NCBI GenBank assembly: GCA_038891035.1
Contig: JAWAEW010000001.1
Location: forward strand, 7,262 to 71,261
Length of the DNA stretch: 64,000 bases
Origin: Candidatus Anstonellaceae archaeon
Lineage (GTDB): Archaea > Micrarchaeota > Micrarchaeia > Anstonellales > Anstonellaceae
Direction: 5' to 3'
Shown here: positions 36,872-47,381 of the stretch, in pieces
Layout of the letters: each line of letters opens with the position of its first letter
Position numbering within the stretch: position 1 is the stretch's first letter
Position numbers and translations under genes: made by a program
The notes under the pieces: model-generated
Database searches by the model: none
Seen by the model: only the letters and a program-made list of their open reading frames with translations
Told to the model about the DNA's origin: nothing

Positions 36872-38343
36872 AGGCCAAAATCCCTCTTGAACCTCTCTTC
36901 AATCAGCTGCGCCGAAAGCAAAACTATCGGAATCCCACTTCCAGGATGGGTGCTTGCCCCTACAAAATAAAGCCTTTTTATCTTTTTGTCCTTGTTTGGA
37001 GGTCTAAATCCTGCTGACTGAAGCAGGGTAGGTGAAAGACCAAATGTGGCGCCATCTTCTAAGTTGAATGCTTCTTTCCAATCAAGAGGAGTAAATATCT
37101 TTTCCATAACAATTCTTTCCCTCAAACCAGCAAGTCCGGATTTTTCAAGCTTTTCCAAAATTTTTTCCTTCAGCTTCGGGGCCTCAGTTTTCCAATCTAT
37201 ATTTGAGGATAGATTTGGCACAGAAACCAAGATGTAAATTATGCTTTTTCCAGCAGGAGCAATTGTGTTATCATGAACACATGGATTAGCAACGTAAATT
37301 CCTGGATTTTTCGGCATCACCTTCCTGTCAAAAATATCCTCGAAAGTCTCAAGATAATCCTCTGGAAGGAAAAAAGAATGATGAGGAATCTCCATCTTAC
37401 CTTCAATTCCAAGGTATATCATAAAAGCAGAGCAAGAAGCCTTCAAAGATCTAACCTTCCAATCTGGCATATGTGGCCTTTCCTTTTCATCTATCAATTT
37501 CAAGTAAGTATAAGGCAAATCTGCGTTTGAAATTACTGCATCAGCCTCAACCTCTTTTCCATCTTGCAGTAAAACTCACTTTGCAACGCCTTCTTTGATG
37601 AGTATTTTTTTTACTGCGCACGATGTATGTACCTTTACTCCAAGCTCACCGCAAAGCCTCTCCATTACCTCTGCATCGAATAAAGTCCGTCTTGAGGATA
37701 CCAAACTCCTTCTGTGAATTCTACATACGGAATAGCCCATATACTGCAGGAAGTTTAGTTGGGGCTGCTCCAATATAGACAGATTGTAATGAAAAAGCAA
37801 TCCTTATTTTTGGGTTGGAAAAATACTCCCACGTCTTTGCATAAACGCTTTTCAATGCCCCGGAAGATAAAAGAGCAGAAATCCTGCGAAAACTGAGCAT
37901 ATCATAAGGCGAATCAAAATTTTTCTCGATAAATTCCTTCAGTGCAATTTCATAGTATTTTTTGTAATCCGCAAGATAGCGCGAATATCTTTCAGCATCT
38001 GTTTTTGAGTATTTTTCAATTTCTGCAATCATTTTTCTTGTATCGGTGTCCGGACAAAACTCACTTCCATCTTCATATCTTATCCTGTAAGTAGGATGCA
38101 ACTGCTGTTTTTTGATGTAGTTTTGCATCTTCCTGCCCAAATCTTCAAAGAACTTATTAAGAACCCAAGGCATCAGAAGTAGCGTAGGGCCTGCATCTAC
38201 CTTGGATCCATCTTTTTGGAAATTTGAAAGTCTGCCTCCTACCTTCTCATTTTTTCGTATATCTCTACCCGACAGCCCAGCTTTGCAAGCCTGCATGCTG
38301 CTGCCATGCCGCCTACTCCTGCTCCTATAATCGCGACTTTCAT
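36868..38343 (-). pseudogene. crtI: Phytoene desaturase pseudogene
   Basis: MKVAIIGAGVGG, EKVGGR, DAGPT, GVWYP, EADAVISNAD and YFVGASTHPGSGIP are spread over several frames. In-frame TGA at 37576-37578. Confidence 0.9.
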
Positions 38344-38421
38344 AATATCTCCTACGTCAATTGTGGAAAATAACCTTTATTAATTAGATTACAGACGATT
38401 ATAGGGCTTTAAGGGAAGTTT

Positions 38422-40173
38422 ATGGAGCAAATAAATTTTGTGAATTGCAAAATTGGTGGGCCTGCAGGTTCAGGGGTTGCAACCATGGGAGCCCTTTTTG
38501 CAAAATGTCTTCAACGCTGCGGGCTTTATGTAGTTGGGACCAACGACTATCCCTCACTTATTAAGGGAGGACACAACACTTACAAGATTCGCGCAGCTCC
38601 GCATCCAATTACTGCAATTGTAGGCAAGTATGATTTGCTTGTTGCATTAGACAAGCTTACTATACAGCTTCATGCTTCTGAACTTTCTTCTGGAGGAGCT
38701 ATAATTTATGATTCAAACAAAGTCAAAGATGCCGAGCAGATTGTAGCAAGGAAGGACATCCACCTTATTGGAATGCCTCTTACTCAAATGGCTGCAGCTG
38801 CAGGCGGGGAAATAATGTTCAACAGCGTTGCATTAGGAGCAGCCATGGGCCTGATGCAGATTGATTTTGAAATCATAAGAAATATGATGCAGAAGATTTG
38901 GGCAAGGAAAGGTCAAAAGGTAGTAGAGGCAAACATTGCAGCTGCTCTTGCAGGCCACCAAGCCTCAAAGTCTGCCCTCTCGCATCCTTTCAAGGTGAAG
39001 ATAGAATTTATCAAAAGAGAAAAGACATTATTTATGAACGGAAATGAAGCCTCTGTGGCAGGAGCAATAAAGGCAGGATGCAAATTTGTGGCAGAATATC
39101 CAATGTCTCCGTCCTCATCTATTTTACACCTTATGGCAGGGCATGAATGGGACTATGGCATCATCGTCAAGCAAACAGAAGACGAAATTGCAGCTGCAAA
39201 TATGATTTGCGGAGCTGCTTTCGCCGGAGTGCGGGCGATGACTGCTACTTCAGGCGGAGGATTCTCGCTAATGGTTGAGGCACTGGGGCTGATGGGAATA
39301 AGCGAAACGCCGTGCGTTATTTTCGAATCACAGCGTTGCGGCCCATCCACTGGTCTGCCTACCTATACCGAACAGGCAGATTTGCAATTTGTCCTTCACG
39401 CCTCTCAAGGGGAATTCCCAAGAGTAGTAATCGCACCTGGGGATCCACTCGAATGCTATATCGAGGCTATCAATGCATTCAACATTGCAGAGATAGCTCA
39501 AACCCCAGTGATCGTACTTTTGGACAAATTCCTCTCAGAGACTTCGATTACCATGGAAGATATCAGAAAAATAGAAGTGAAAATCGATAGGGGCAAACTC
39601 ATGTCTGACCAGCAAATGCAAAATGAAAACTCATTCAAGCGCTATCAAATTACCTCAGATGGAATTTCGCCGCGCTGCCTTCCTGGCCAGCCAAACGGCC
39701 TTCACGTATGTTCCTCATACGAGCATGATGAAACTGGCTACACTTCCGAGGCCCCAGATGTGCGCGTGGCTATGATAAACAAAAGGGCTAAAAAATTGGC
39801 AGCGATTCCAGAAAGCATAATAGCACCTTCATTTCACGGATCTCCTAGGCAAGAGGCAGAAGTAGTTGCAGTATGCTGGGGCTCCACAAAAATGCCAATG
39901 CTTGAAGCGCTCAAACTGCTTGCTTCAGAGGGGAAAAAGGTAAGGGCAATGCACATAAGGTACGCTTCTCCTTTCCCTTCTAAGGCAGTTTTAGAAGAGC
40001 TGAAAGCAGCAAAAAACGTCATCATTTTTGAAGGAAATTCAGGAGCCCAAATGCGATCATTGATTTTTGAAAAGACAGGTTTTTACATTCAAAAAGCTTA
40101 TCTTCGCTACGATGGAAGGCCATTTAAGCCTGAGGAAATTGCAGATGCAATAAAGAGGGAATTCTATGGTTAG
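38422..40173 (+). CDS. korA: 2-oxoacid:ferredoxin oxidoreductase alpha subunit
   Basis: GGPAGSG, YPSLIKGGH, YPMSP, EDEIAA, TSGGG, GPSTGLPT. Confidence 0.93.
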   Translation: MEQINFVNCKIGGPAGSGVATMGALFAKCLQRCGLYVVGTNDYPSLIKGGHNTYKIRAAPHPITAIVGKYDLLVALDKLTIQLHASELSSGGAIIYDSNKVKDAEQIVARKDIHLIGMPLTQMAAAAGGEIMFNSVALGAAMGLMQIDFEIIRNMMQKIWARKGQKVVEANIAAALAGHQASKSALSHPFKVKIEFIKREKTLFMNGNEASVAGAIKAGCKFVAEYPMSPSSSILHLMAGHEWDYGIIVKQTEDEIAAANMICGAAFAGVRAMTATSGGGFSLMVEALGLMGISETPCVIFESQRCGPSTGLPTYTEQADLQFVLHASQGEFPRVVIAPGDPLECYIEAINAFNIAEIAQTPVIVLLDKFLSETSITMEDIRKIEVKIDRGKLMSDQQMQNENSFKRYQITSDGISPRCLPGQPNGLHVCSSYEHDETGYTSEAPDVRVAMINKRAKKLAAIPESIIAPSFHGSPRQEAEVVAVCWGSTKMPMLEALKLLASEGKKVRAMHIRYASPFPSKAVLEELKAAKNVIIFEGNSGAQMRSLIFEKTGFYIQKAYLRYDGRPFKPEEIADAIKREFYG

Positions 40174-41020
40174 TGTAGCTGAATTCAATTCGCCTCACCA
40201 AATAACTTGGTGCCCTGGATGCGGCGATTTTGGAATATTAATCGCCCTTAAAGGGGCACTTGCAAAGCTGGGCATTCCGCCACATCAGGCAGTAGTGGTT
40301 TCTGGCATAGGATGCGGTGGCAAAATCCCACATTTCATCAGAACATATGGATTTGAAGGAATCCACGGAAGGGCGCTTCCTGCAGCAACCGGCATCCACC
40401 TTTCAAACGACCGGCTTACTGTCGTTGCAATTGGAGGGGATGGGGACGGCTGCGGAATTGGATTGGGCCACTTCATGCACACTATGAGAAGGAATTTGGA
40501 TATAACTTATATCATTCAAGATAATGAAATCTACGGCCTTACAGTAGGGCAAGCCTCACCTACCACTAAAAAAGGCGTGATTACTAAAAGCACCCCACAT
40601 GGCACCCCTGAAGACCCAATCAATCCCCCACTTATGGCACTTGCAGCAGGAGCAACTTTTGTTGCCCGCGGTTTTTCAGGCGACATACCTCATCTTACAG
40701 ACTTGATTGCAAAAGGGATTGCCCACCGCGGAGTAGCATTTATTGACGTTTTTCAGCCTTGCGTTACGTGGAGAAAAGATTTACCCTATGAGCTTTACCA
40801 AAAGAAAATCTACAAGCTAGAAGCTGAAGGCCATGATCCTTCAGATTGGCACGCTGCAGTAGCTCGCGCATGTGAAACCGAGCGCTGGCCGATAGGCGTA
40901 TTTTATCAGGTGCAAAAGCCAATTTACACTGACCAAATTCCCTTCATCAAGGAAAAGCCACTGGTCTCACATGACATCTCTAACATTGATATTTCAAAGT
41001 ACGTAGAAGAATTCATGTGA
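40166..41020 (+). CDS. korB: 2-oxoacid:ferredoxin oxidoreductase beta subunit
   Basis: WCPGCGD, SGIGC, HGR, GGDGD, YGLTxGQASPT. Confidence 0.93.
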   Translation: MVSVAEFNSPHQITWCPGCGDFGILIALKGALAKLGIPPHQAVVVSGIGCGGKIPHFIRTYGFEGIHGRALPAATGIHLSNDRLTVVAIGGDGDGCGIGLGHFMHTMRRNLDITYIIQDNEIYGLTVGQASPTTKKGVITKSTPHGTPEDPINPPLMALAAGATFVARGFSGDIPHLTDLIAKGIAHRGVAFIDVFQPCVTWRKDLPYELYQKKIYKLEAEGHDPSDWHAAVARACETERWPIGVFYQVQKPIYTDQIPFIKEKPLVSHDISNIDISKYVEEFM

Positions 41021-42098
41021 GCTTTTCCATCGCAGACTTTACTCTTTCTTTTGCTATTTGCAGGGCCGCTTGCCGAACATCAAAGCTGTCCTTTTGCAAC
41101 ACCAGCCTAGTGTTTGTAACTATTTTTTCTTTTACAGTTGCAAACATCTCCTGCTCGCTTCCGCCGATATATTCTACGTATGAAGAAATTACCCCACCTG
41201 CATTTGCAACAAAATCAGGAATAATCAAAACACCACTTTTTGCCAGCTGAAGCTCAATTTCATGTGTCATAGGGATGTTTGCAGCCTCCACAATAACCCG
41301 TGCTTTGACCTTTTGGACATTTTCCTGGTTTATTACATTTGGTCTTGCACCCGGAATTAGTACATCGCATTTGAGCTCAAAAAGCTGGGCAGCTGCAAGA
41401 ACAGTTGCTCCAGGATAATGCACCACACTTCCCTTTTCTTTTTTAGTCTCCATCAACTTCTCATAATTCAGTCCGCTTTCAAGGTAGGCGGTCCCCTTTG
41501 AGTCAGAAACCGCTATTATTTTTGCACCTTTTTGGCTGAGGAATTTTGCAGTAAATGTTCCAACATTTCCAAAACCTTCTATTGCTACTTTTGCATCTTC
41601 AAGTGGAATTTTTGCATGCTCAAGTGCGACTTCAGTTGCAAGTGCCACTCCAAATCCAGTTGAGCCAAGCTCGTGCGGCAATCCGCCCATGCTCTTTGGC
41701 TTGCCAGTAGCTGCTTTTGGAGTACCTATAGTTTTTGCAATTATCTCCATTTCATGCTCTCCCATATTCATGTCTGGGCCTGCAATGTAGTATGAAGGAA
41801 CTAATGGTGCTATTTTGGAGGCAAATGCAGCAACAATCTTGTCCTTGTTTGGGGCATTGCCATTTGCCTTTATCCCTGCCTTTGCCCCACCAAAAGGTAT
41901 TCCGGCAAGGGCATTTTTCCAAGTCATTGCCCTTGCAAGGCCAAACACCTCCTCCACTGTAATATCTGGCACCATACGTACTCCGCCTTTTCCAGGACCA
42001 AGCGCAGTGTTGTCCACTACGACGATCCCTTGCATCTTTGTGGCAGGGTCATAAACCTGAAGTATTCTTTCAGGTCCAAATTCGTCTTCGAATGGCAT
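41013..42098 (-). CDS. gdhA: Glu/Leu/Phe/Val dehydrogenase (probable glutamate dehydrogenase)
   Basis: GPGKGGVR, MTWK, GGAKAG, GFGNVG, EAAN, PDFVANAGGV. Confidence 0.85.
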   Translation of the reverse strand: MPFEDEFGPERILQVYDPATKMQGIVVVDNTALGPGKGGVRMVPDITVEEVFGLARAMTWKNALAGIPFGGAKAGIKANGNAPNKDKIVAAFASKIAPLVPSYYIAGPDMNMGEHEMEIIAKTIGTPKAATGKPKSMGGLPHELGSTGFGVALATEVALEHAKIPLEDAKVAIEGFGNVGTFTAKFLSQKGAKIIAVSDSKGTAYLESGLNYEKLMETKKEKGSVVHYPGATVLAAAQLFELKCDVLIPGARPNVINQENVQKVKARVIVEAANIPMTHEIELQLAKSGVLIIPDFVANAGGVISSYVEYIGGSEQEMFATVKEKIVTNTRLVLQKDSFDVRQAALQIAKERVKSAMEKLT

Positions 42099-42138
42099 AC
42101 ACTCACTCTCCTTCAAGTTTGCAAAATTTTGTTTTCGA

Positions 42139-43158
42139 TCAGGCACCTTTGCATCGATGTGTGGTCGGATCACAGAATTGATTTGGCGGGCAGTCTTCAT
42201 GCCTTGTGCAAATTATCTTCACGCAGCGGTAGGCATTTACAGAATAAGTGTCAGTTTCGCATCTTTCATCGTATGCACAGTGGGCAGAAGAGGTGCAATA
42301 GCCTGCCTTAAGTATGCATCTATGCTCCTTGGGGTCGCATTTTTGGTAAAATGTGCATTCGGCATCAGATGAACAGTAACCAGGCCTTGAGATGCAGCGT
42401 CGGCTTCCGATATCACAAATTTGCCAAGCTTCGCATTCTGCATTTGAGCCGCAAAGTCCGCGCTTGGCTTCGCACCTGTGGGTTTTTTGGTTGCAAAGCT
42501 GCCAGGAAGTGCACTGTTCATCATTTTCACAGAATCCTGCCGCGGCCACACACCTTCTAATTACAGGATCACAAGTTTGCCATTCTGCACAATCCAAATC
42601 GTTATTACAGAAGCCTTCCCTAAGTACGCACCTGTTGGTTGTAGTGTTGCAAAGCTGCCATTCCTTACAGTCTATATTTGTAGAACATCTCCCAGGCAGA
42701 GGCACGCACTTCCCAGTTGTCAGATTGCAAGTCTGATACGCCTCGCAGTCATAGTGGTCCCTGCAGAGGCCAGGCTTAGGGACACACACATGCTTTATTG
42801 AGCTGCATACTTCTGTTTCTTGGTTGCAATATTCGTCGCGGTCGCAAAAGCCAGCTTTAGGCCTGCAAGTGTTGTTCCCACTCACATCGCATACTTGCCA
42901 GGCTTCACAATCTACATCTGATCTGCATTTTCCCTTTATATAGGTGCATTTATGAGATATAGCATCACAAACTTTCAAGGTGTCATTACAGTCAGCATCC
43001 ACATTACAATATCCAGGGCGAAGTACACATACCTTCTTTGCAGTGTCGCAATATTGCCAAGCTTTGCAGCTCTTGTCGCTACTGCATCCTCCAGAAGTGC
43101 AGCCATGGAGGATAAAAAGAGTGGCCAATGCCAGTAAAGCAAAAAGCCTGACCTTCAA
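42139..43158 (-). CDS. Lipoprotein made of 12 tandem four-Cys repeats
   Basis: ILHGC lipobox-like signal, then C-x2-D-x2-C-x2-WQ-x-C-x6-C-x4-G-x repeats. Confidence 0.8.
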   Translation of the reverse strand: MKVRLFALLALATLFILHGCTSGGCSSDKSCKAWQYCDTAKKVCVLRPGYCNVDADCNDTLKVCDAISHKCTYIKGKCRSDVDCEAWQVCDVSGNNTCRPKAGFCDRDEYCNQETEVCSSIKHVCVPKPGLCRDHYDCEAYQTCNLTTGKCVPLPGRCSTNIDCKEWQLCNTTTNRCVLREGFCNNDLDCAEWQTCDPVIRRCVAAAGFCENDEQCTSWQLCNQKTHRCEAKRGLCGSNAECEAWQICDIGSRRCISRPGYCSSDAECTFYQKCDPKEHRCILKAGYCTSSAHCAYDERCETDTYSVNAYRCVKIICTRHEDCPPNQFCDPTTHRCKGA

Positions 43159-43256
43159 CCAATCACCGTAAGATTTTCAGCTGATAAATTATTAAAAATC
43201 ATTAAGTGCAGGACTCAACGAATAGATTTTTAATCTTTCAAAGCACAAGATGCGAT

Positions 43257-44063
43257 ATGGATTTTAGGGCTTTTTTCATGTTTGTGCTGCTCGTTTTGCC
43301 GGCCTTTTCAGTAAAAGTCCTTTATCCAGTGGTTACAGATATAAGTCAGCAAAGCCAAATTGAAATTGGCACCGTAGGGCCTGGCCAAACCTTTGCAGTT
43401 GCAGTTGATCCTAAAGTCTATACCGGGGGCAAATACGGGCTGGGCGGTGCTTATGATCTGCTTGTAGCAGCCAAGCTTCCAGAAGGATGGAGCTCAACGC
43501 CTTCCAAGCTTTATTCCAATCCCTTGCAGGCCGAGGTGACGGTTTCAAAAGATGCAGCAGATGGGGAATATGAAGTAGAGTTTATTTTGTGGGATGAGGC
43601 AGGAAGCGAAGGGTTGGGAGAAAATGTAACCTTTGTGGCAAAGGTATTTGTAAGCCATGACATAGTTGATATGAAAGTTGAGCCGCCTTTTCTTTCTGTT
43701 GGTGCCGGACAACCTGCACGCTATAGCATCAAAGTGCTCAACAAGGGCATTGCAAACGACATTTTTACCATAAGCTCATCTGGAGTGAGCAATTGGGCGT
43801 TTCAGCGAAGCATATATATACCAGCAGGGACCAGTCGCACTATCTCATATGAAGTAGTTGGCAACGAAGAAGCATCCTATAGCGTGCGCATTAGCACGCG
43901 TTCTGTTTCAAGCGACAAAATATCTGCTTCATCTGTTGTCAAACTCGAAGTGCATACAAATTTGCTTTCTGACTGGAAAGCAATAAATAGAGGAGTCCTT
44001 CTTTTTCCCTTGACTCAAGCATCTTTGTATTTTGTTGCAGGACTGCTTTCGCTTCTGTTTTGA
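43257..44063 (+). CDS. Exported protein with Ig/CARDB-like domains and C-terminal hydrophobic anchor
   Basis: Signal peptide, beta-rich sequence, 'IKVLNKG..NDIF' motif. Confidence 0.6.
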   Translation: MDFRAFFMFVLLVLPAFSVKVLYPVVTDISQQSQIEIGTVGPGQTFAVAVDPKVYTGGKYGLGGAYDLLVAAKLPEGWSSTPSKLYSNPLQAEVTVSKDAADGEYEVEFILWDEAGSEGLGENVTFVAKVFVSHDIVDMKVEPPFLSVGAGQPARYSIKVLNKGIANDIFTISSSGVSNWAFQRSIYIPAGTSRTISYEVVGNEEASYSVRISTRSVSSDKISASSVVKLEVHTNLLSDWKAINRGVLLFPLTQASLYFVAGLLSLLF

Positions 44064-44072
44064 GGTGCTTTT

Positions 44073-45719
44073 GTGACCTATGCTTCAAAAGCTTATGATG
44101 CTGCCAGATTGCAAAAACTGCTTGGAAGAATTCCAGCTTACCGTCCAGCTTCTACATCATCCAAACAAGACGCTCTTCGTCTAAAGGCTGCAAAAGAAGC
44201 AGCAAACCTAATTTTGAAAAAGAAATTTGGAATCGAGGATGCCAAGAGAGCGGTCGCAGAAAAATACCGACTCCATTTTTTGAAAAATTCAGAAATTTTG
44301 AAATTTGTACCTTCTTCATTTTCTGAATTGAGAGAACGCCTTGTCAAATCACCTACGCGAACTCTTTCTGGGGTTTCCCCGATTGCAATAATGCCGCCTC
44401 CTGCCCCGTGTGGAGGAAGCTGCATTTATTGTCCAAAAGGAGAAGGTGCCCCGCAATCTTACACCGGCTTTGAGCCAACCACGATGAGGGCAATCCAGAA
44501 TGGCTATTCTGCAAGCAGACAAATAGCTGCAAGAATTTCACAGTATATTTCACAGGGTCATAAAGTAGATAAATGCCATCTTATCGTAATGGGTGGAACT
44601 TTTCTTTATGGGTTTGACTTTGCAGCCAGGCACTCATTCATGAAAGAAGCGTTTGAAACTCTCAATAAAAAGAAAGCCCAAAATCTCAAAGAAGCAATTG
44701 ATCAAAACGAATTCGCCCCACACAAAGCAGTAGGTGTTACGTTTGAGACTCGCCCTGATTTCGGTCTGCAGCCTCATGCAGATGAGATGCTTTTAATGGG
44801 TGGCACTCAAGTTGAACTCGGGGTGCAAGCACTTTCAGATAGAGTATATAGAATCGTAAAAAGAGGCCACAAACTTTCAGACGTAGTTGCTTCCACCCAA
44901 GCACTCAAAGACAGTGGATTTAAAGTGTGCTATCACATGATGCCAGGCCTTTTTTCCACTCCCGCCCAAGACATCGGCTACTTTCGAAAGCTTTTTTCCA
45001 GCCAGGATTTTCAGCCAGATATGCTCAAAATATATCCTACCCTTGTTTTACGTGGGACCGAGCTTTACCAGCTTTGGAAACAAGGCAAATTCTTGCCATA
45101 TGATACTTTGAAAGCGGCAGAAGTAATTTCACAAGCGACAAAATTCATACCTCCCTACGCAAGAGTAATGAGAATACAGCGCGACATCCCATCGCCTTTG
45201 GTGGAAGCCGGAGTAAAGAATTCGAATTTGGCACAAATAGTTGAAGAGAAATTAAGACAGATGGGACAAAAGTGCAGATGCATCCGCTGCAGAGAGGCAG
45301 GAAGCGCCCAGAGAAAAAGCCGCACTCTTAAGCCGCTTAAGCTGACGCTACAAAGGATAGATTACAAAGCTTCCAAAGGGAAAGAGGTTTTCCTATCGTT
45401 TGAAGATACTAATCAGGATGTGCTTGTCGGTTTTATCCGGCTTCGCATGCCTTACAGGCCACATAGGGCAGAGCTTGAAGATGCATGCGTAGTGAGAGAA
45501 CTTCATGTGTATGGACAGGAGGTGGCTGTCGGAGAGCATGAAGAGGGCAAACTTCAGCACAAAGGTATCGGCAGCCTTCTGCTTTCTGCAGCAGAGGAAA
45601 TTGCAAAAAAAGAATTCGGCGTTTCAAAGCTTTGCGTGATTTCCGGGCCAGGTGCCAGGGGCTATTACCGAAAGAAAGGATATATTTTGTTTGGCCCTTA
45701 TATGGCAAAAAGCCTTTGA
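44073..45719 (+). CDS. elp3: Elp3 tRNA U34 acetyltransferase (radical SAM + GNAT)
   Basis: RTLSGV, CGGSCIYCP, PQSYTG, ETRPD, KIYPT, RELHVYG, QHKGIG. Confidence 0.95.
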   Translation: MTYASKAYDAARLQKLLGRIPAYRPASTSSKQDALRLKAAKEAANLILKKKFGIEDAKRAVAEKYRLHFLKNSEILKFVPSSFSELRERLVKSPTRTLSGVSPIAIMPPPAPCGGSCIYCPKGEGAPQSYTGFEPTTMRAIQNGYSASRQIAARISQYISQGHKVDKCHLIVMGGTFLYGFDFAARHSFMKEAFETLNKKKAQNLKEAIDQNEFAPHKAVGVTFETRPDFGLQPHADEMLLMGGTQVELGVQALSDRVYRIVKRGHKLSDVVASTQALKDSGFKVCYHMMPGLFSTPAQDIGYFRKLFSSQDFQPDMLKIYPTLVLRGTELYQLWKQGKFLPYDTLKAAEVISQATKFIPPYARVMRIQRDIPSPLVEAGVKNSNLAQIVEEKLRQMGQKCRCIRCREAGSAQRKSRTLKPLKLTLQRIDYKASKGKEVFLSFEDTNQDVLVGFIRLRMPYRPHRAELEDACVVRELHVYGQEVAVGEHEEGKLQHKGIGSLLLSAAEEIAKKEFGVSKLCVISGPGARGYYRKKGYILFGPYMAKSL

Positions 45720-45746
45720 ATGTCTCAGCTTTGTTTTTAAATTTCA

Positions 45747-47033
45747 ATGCAGCCACTTTCTGTGGGTGTTTTCTTGTCCAAGATTGTCCGTGTGCATGCC
45801 AGGCAGGTTTTAGATTCCCGCGGCAATCCCACTATACAAGCAGAAATATTTTCGCAGAAAGGCTTTGGTTCAGCCATTGCGCCTGCAGGTGCCTCTACAG
45901 GTTCACATGAAGCAGTTGAGCTTCGTGACGGTGGAAGCCGGTTTAACGGCAAGGGAGTGCAAAATGCAGTTGCTTTAATAAAAAGTGAAATTCACTCAGC
46001 GCTTAGAGGCAAAGAGGTTTCAAACCAAAAAGCAATTGACAGCATCTTGTGCAAGTTGGACGGCACAAAAAATAAATCCCGTCTTGGGGCAAATTCAACA
46101 ACTGCAGTTTCAATTTCTGCTGCAAAATGCGCTGCTTCAGAAAAAAAAGTCAGTCTTTATCGCATTCTTGGAAAATCCTTCCTATTACCCTGCCCTTTCC
46201 TTAATGTAATAAATGGGGGGAAGCACTCTGGAAGCGGGATTTCAATTCAGGAGTTTATGCTGGTTCCAGCAGGATTCAGCAGCTTCTCCGAGGCTTTGTA
46301 TGCAGCAGCAGAGGTATATCATGGATTGGGAACAATGATTTCGCAAAAATACGGCCGCATTTTCCTTGGGGTTGGGGACGAAGGAGGCTTTACCCCACCT
46401 TGCAAAAGCGCATACGAGGTTCTTACCTTGCTTGAAGATGCAGTTTCAGAATGCGGCTTTGTCGGCAAAATCAAGTTTGCAATTGACGCTGCAGCTTCTT
46501 CATTCTTCCAGTCGCATACAAAAGCCTATCTGCTGGATGGAAAGTTGCTTTCAGCCGGTCAGCTTCTGGATTTTTATTCAGACCTTGCGTCTTCATTTCC
46601 TATTGTTTCAATTGAAGATCCTTTTGAAGAAGACTCGTTTTGGGATTTTGCACTGCTTCGCAAAAAGCTTTCTGGCAAAGTCCAAATAGTAGGGGACGAC
46701 TTGTTTGTCACTAGCATTTCAAGGATACAGCAAGGTATCAGGGCATCTTCTGCATCTGCTTTGCTTTTGAAGGTCAATCAGATTGGAACATTAAGCGAGG
46801 CGTTGGAGGCAGTCGCCCTCTGCCGAAAACACAATATGGCTGTGATGGTCTCCCACCGCTCAGGTGACAGCGAAGATTCGGCAATCTCGGACATTGCAGT
46901 TGGGATTGGATGTGGGCAAATAAAAGCAGGTGCCCCTGCTCGCTCAGAAAGGACTGCAAAATACAACCGTCTCATTCAAATCGAAGAGGAGCTTAGTGGC
47001 AAATTTGCCCAAGACAAAGCATTTAGATTCTAG
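45747..47033 (+). CDS. eno: Enolase (start may be TTG 45774)
   Basis: LDSRGNPT, GASTG, GDEGG, EDPF, GDDL, LLKVNQIG, SHRSG, RSERTAKYN. Confidence 0.95.
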   Translation: MQPLSVGVFLSKIVRVHARQVLDSRGNPTIQAEIFSQKGFGSAIAPAGASTGSHEAVELRDGGSRFNGKGVQNAVALIKSEIHSALRGKEVSNQKAIDSILCKLDGTKNKSRLGANSTTAVSISAAKCAASEKKVSLYRILGKSFLLPCPFLNVINGGKHSGSGISIQEFMLVPAGFSSFSEALYAAAEVYHGLGTMISQKYGRIFLGVGDEGGFTPPCKSAYEVLTLLEDAVSECGFVGKIKFAIDAAASSFFQSHTKAYLLDGKLLSAGQLLDFYSDLASSFPIVSIEDPFEEDSFWDFALLRKKLSGKVQIVGDDLFVTSISRIQQGIRASSASALLLKVNQIGTLSEALEAVALCRKHNMAVMVSHRSGDSEDSAISDIAVGIGCGQIKAGAPARSERTAKYNRLIQIEEELSGKFAQDKAFRF

Positions 47034-47347
47034 ATAAGCCCATACTTTTTCTTTATTCCAAATTCAGGATGGTTTGCAACATCACTTAGCTGATCCACCA
47101 AATAAGAAACAAGCCTCTTTGCAACTTCTGCCTCCTCATTGCTCATATTTGCGTAATTGCTTTGAATGTTGCTTCGCCATTCCCACTGCGCAGCTATCTT
47201 GCTTTTGTTTCCTTCCCTTCCAATTTCATGCAAGCCAATGATTACAAGCAAATAAGGCCTGCCTTCGTTTTGCTCCAAAAGCTTTGCATCTGTTTCATCT
47301 GCAATCTTGCGCAAAGTCTGTTCTGCTTCTTTTAAGTCAGCTTCCAT
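47030..47347 (-). CDS. Hypothetical protein
   Basis: 105-aa ORF filling the gap between eno and the nitroreductase. Confidence 0.55.
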   Translation of the reverse strand: MEADLKEAEQTLRKIADETDAKLLEQNEGRPYLLVIIGLHEIGREGNKSKIAAQWEWRSNIQSNYANMSNEEAEVAKRLVSYLVDQLSDVANHPEFGIKKKYGLI

Positions 47348-47381
47348 AAATAAAATCCATCAAGCCAATTTTTAAGTATAT

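Noticed and set aside
35919-37578. Both in-frame stops in crtB (35919) and crtI (37576) are TGA at positions where Gly is expected, suggesting a donor using UGA=Gly (code 25)
   Set aside because: TGA is the genuine stop of crtI and both cyclase genes, other Gly codons are GGN, and frameshifts co-occur. GGA-to-TGA mutation is simpler.
35323-38421. Integrated element at tRNA-Arg carrying the crt genes
   Set aside because: No integrase and no duplicated tRNA 3' end (att site) found.
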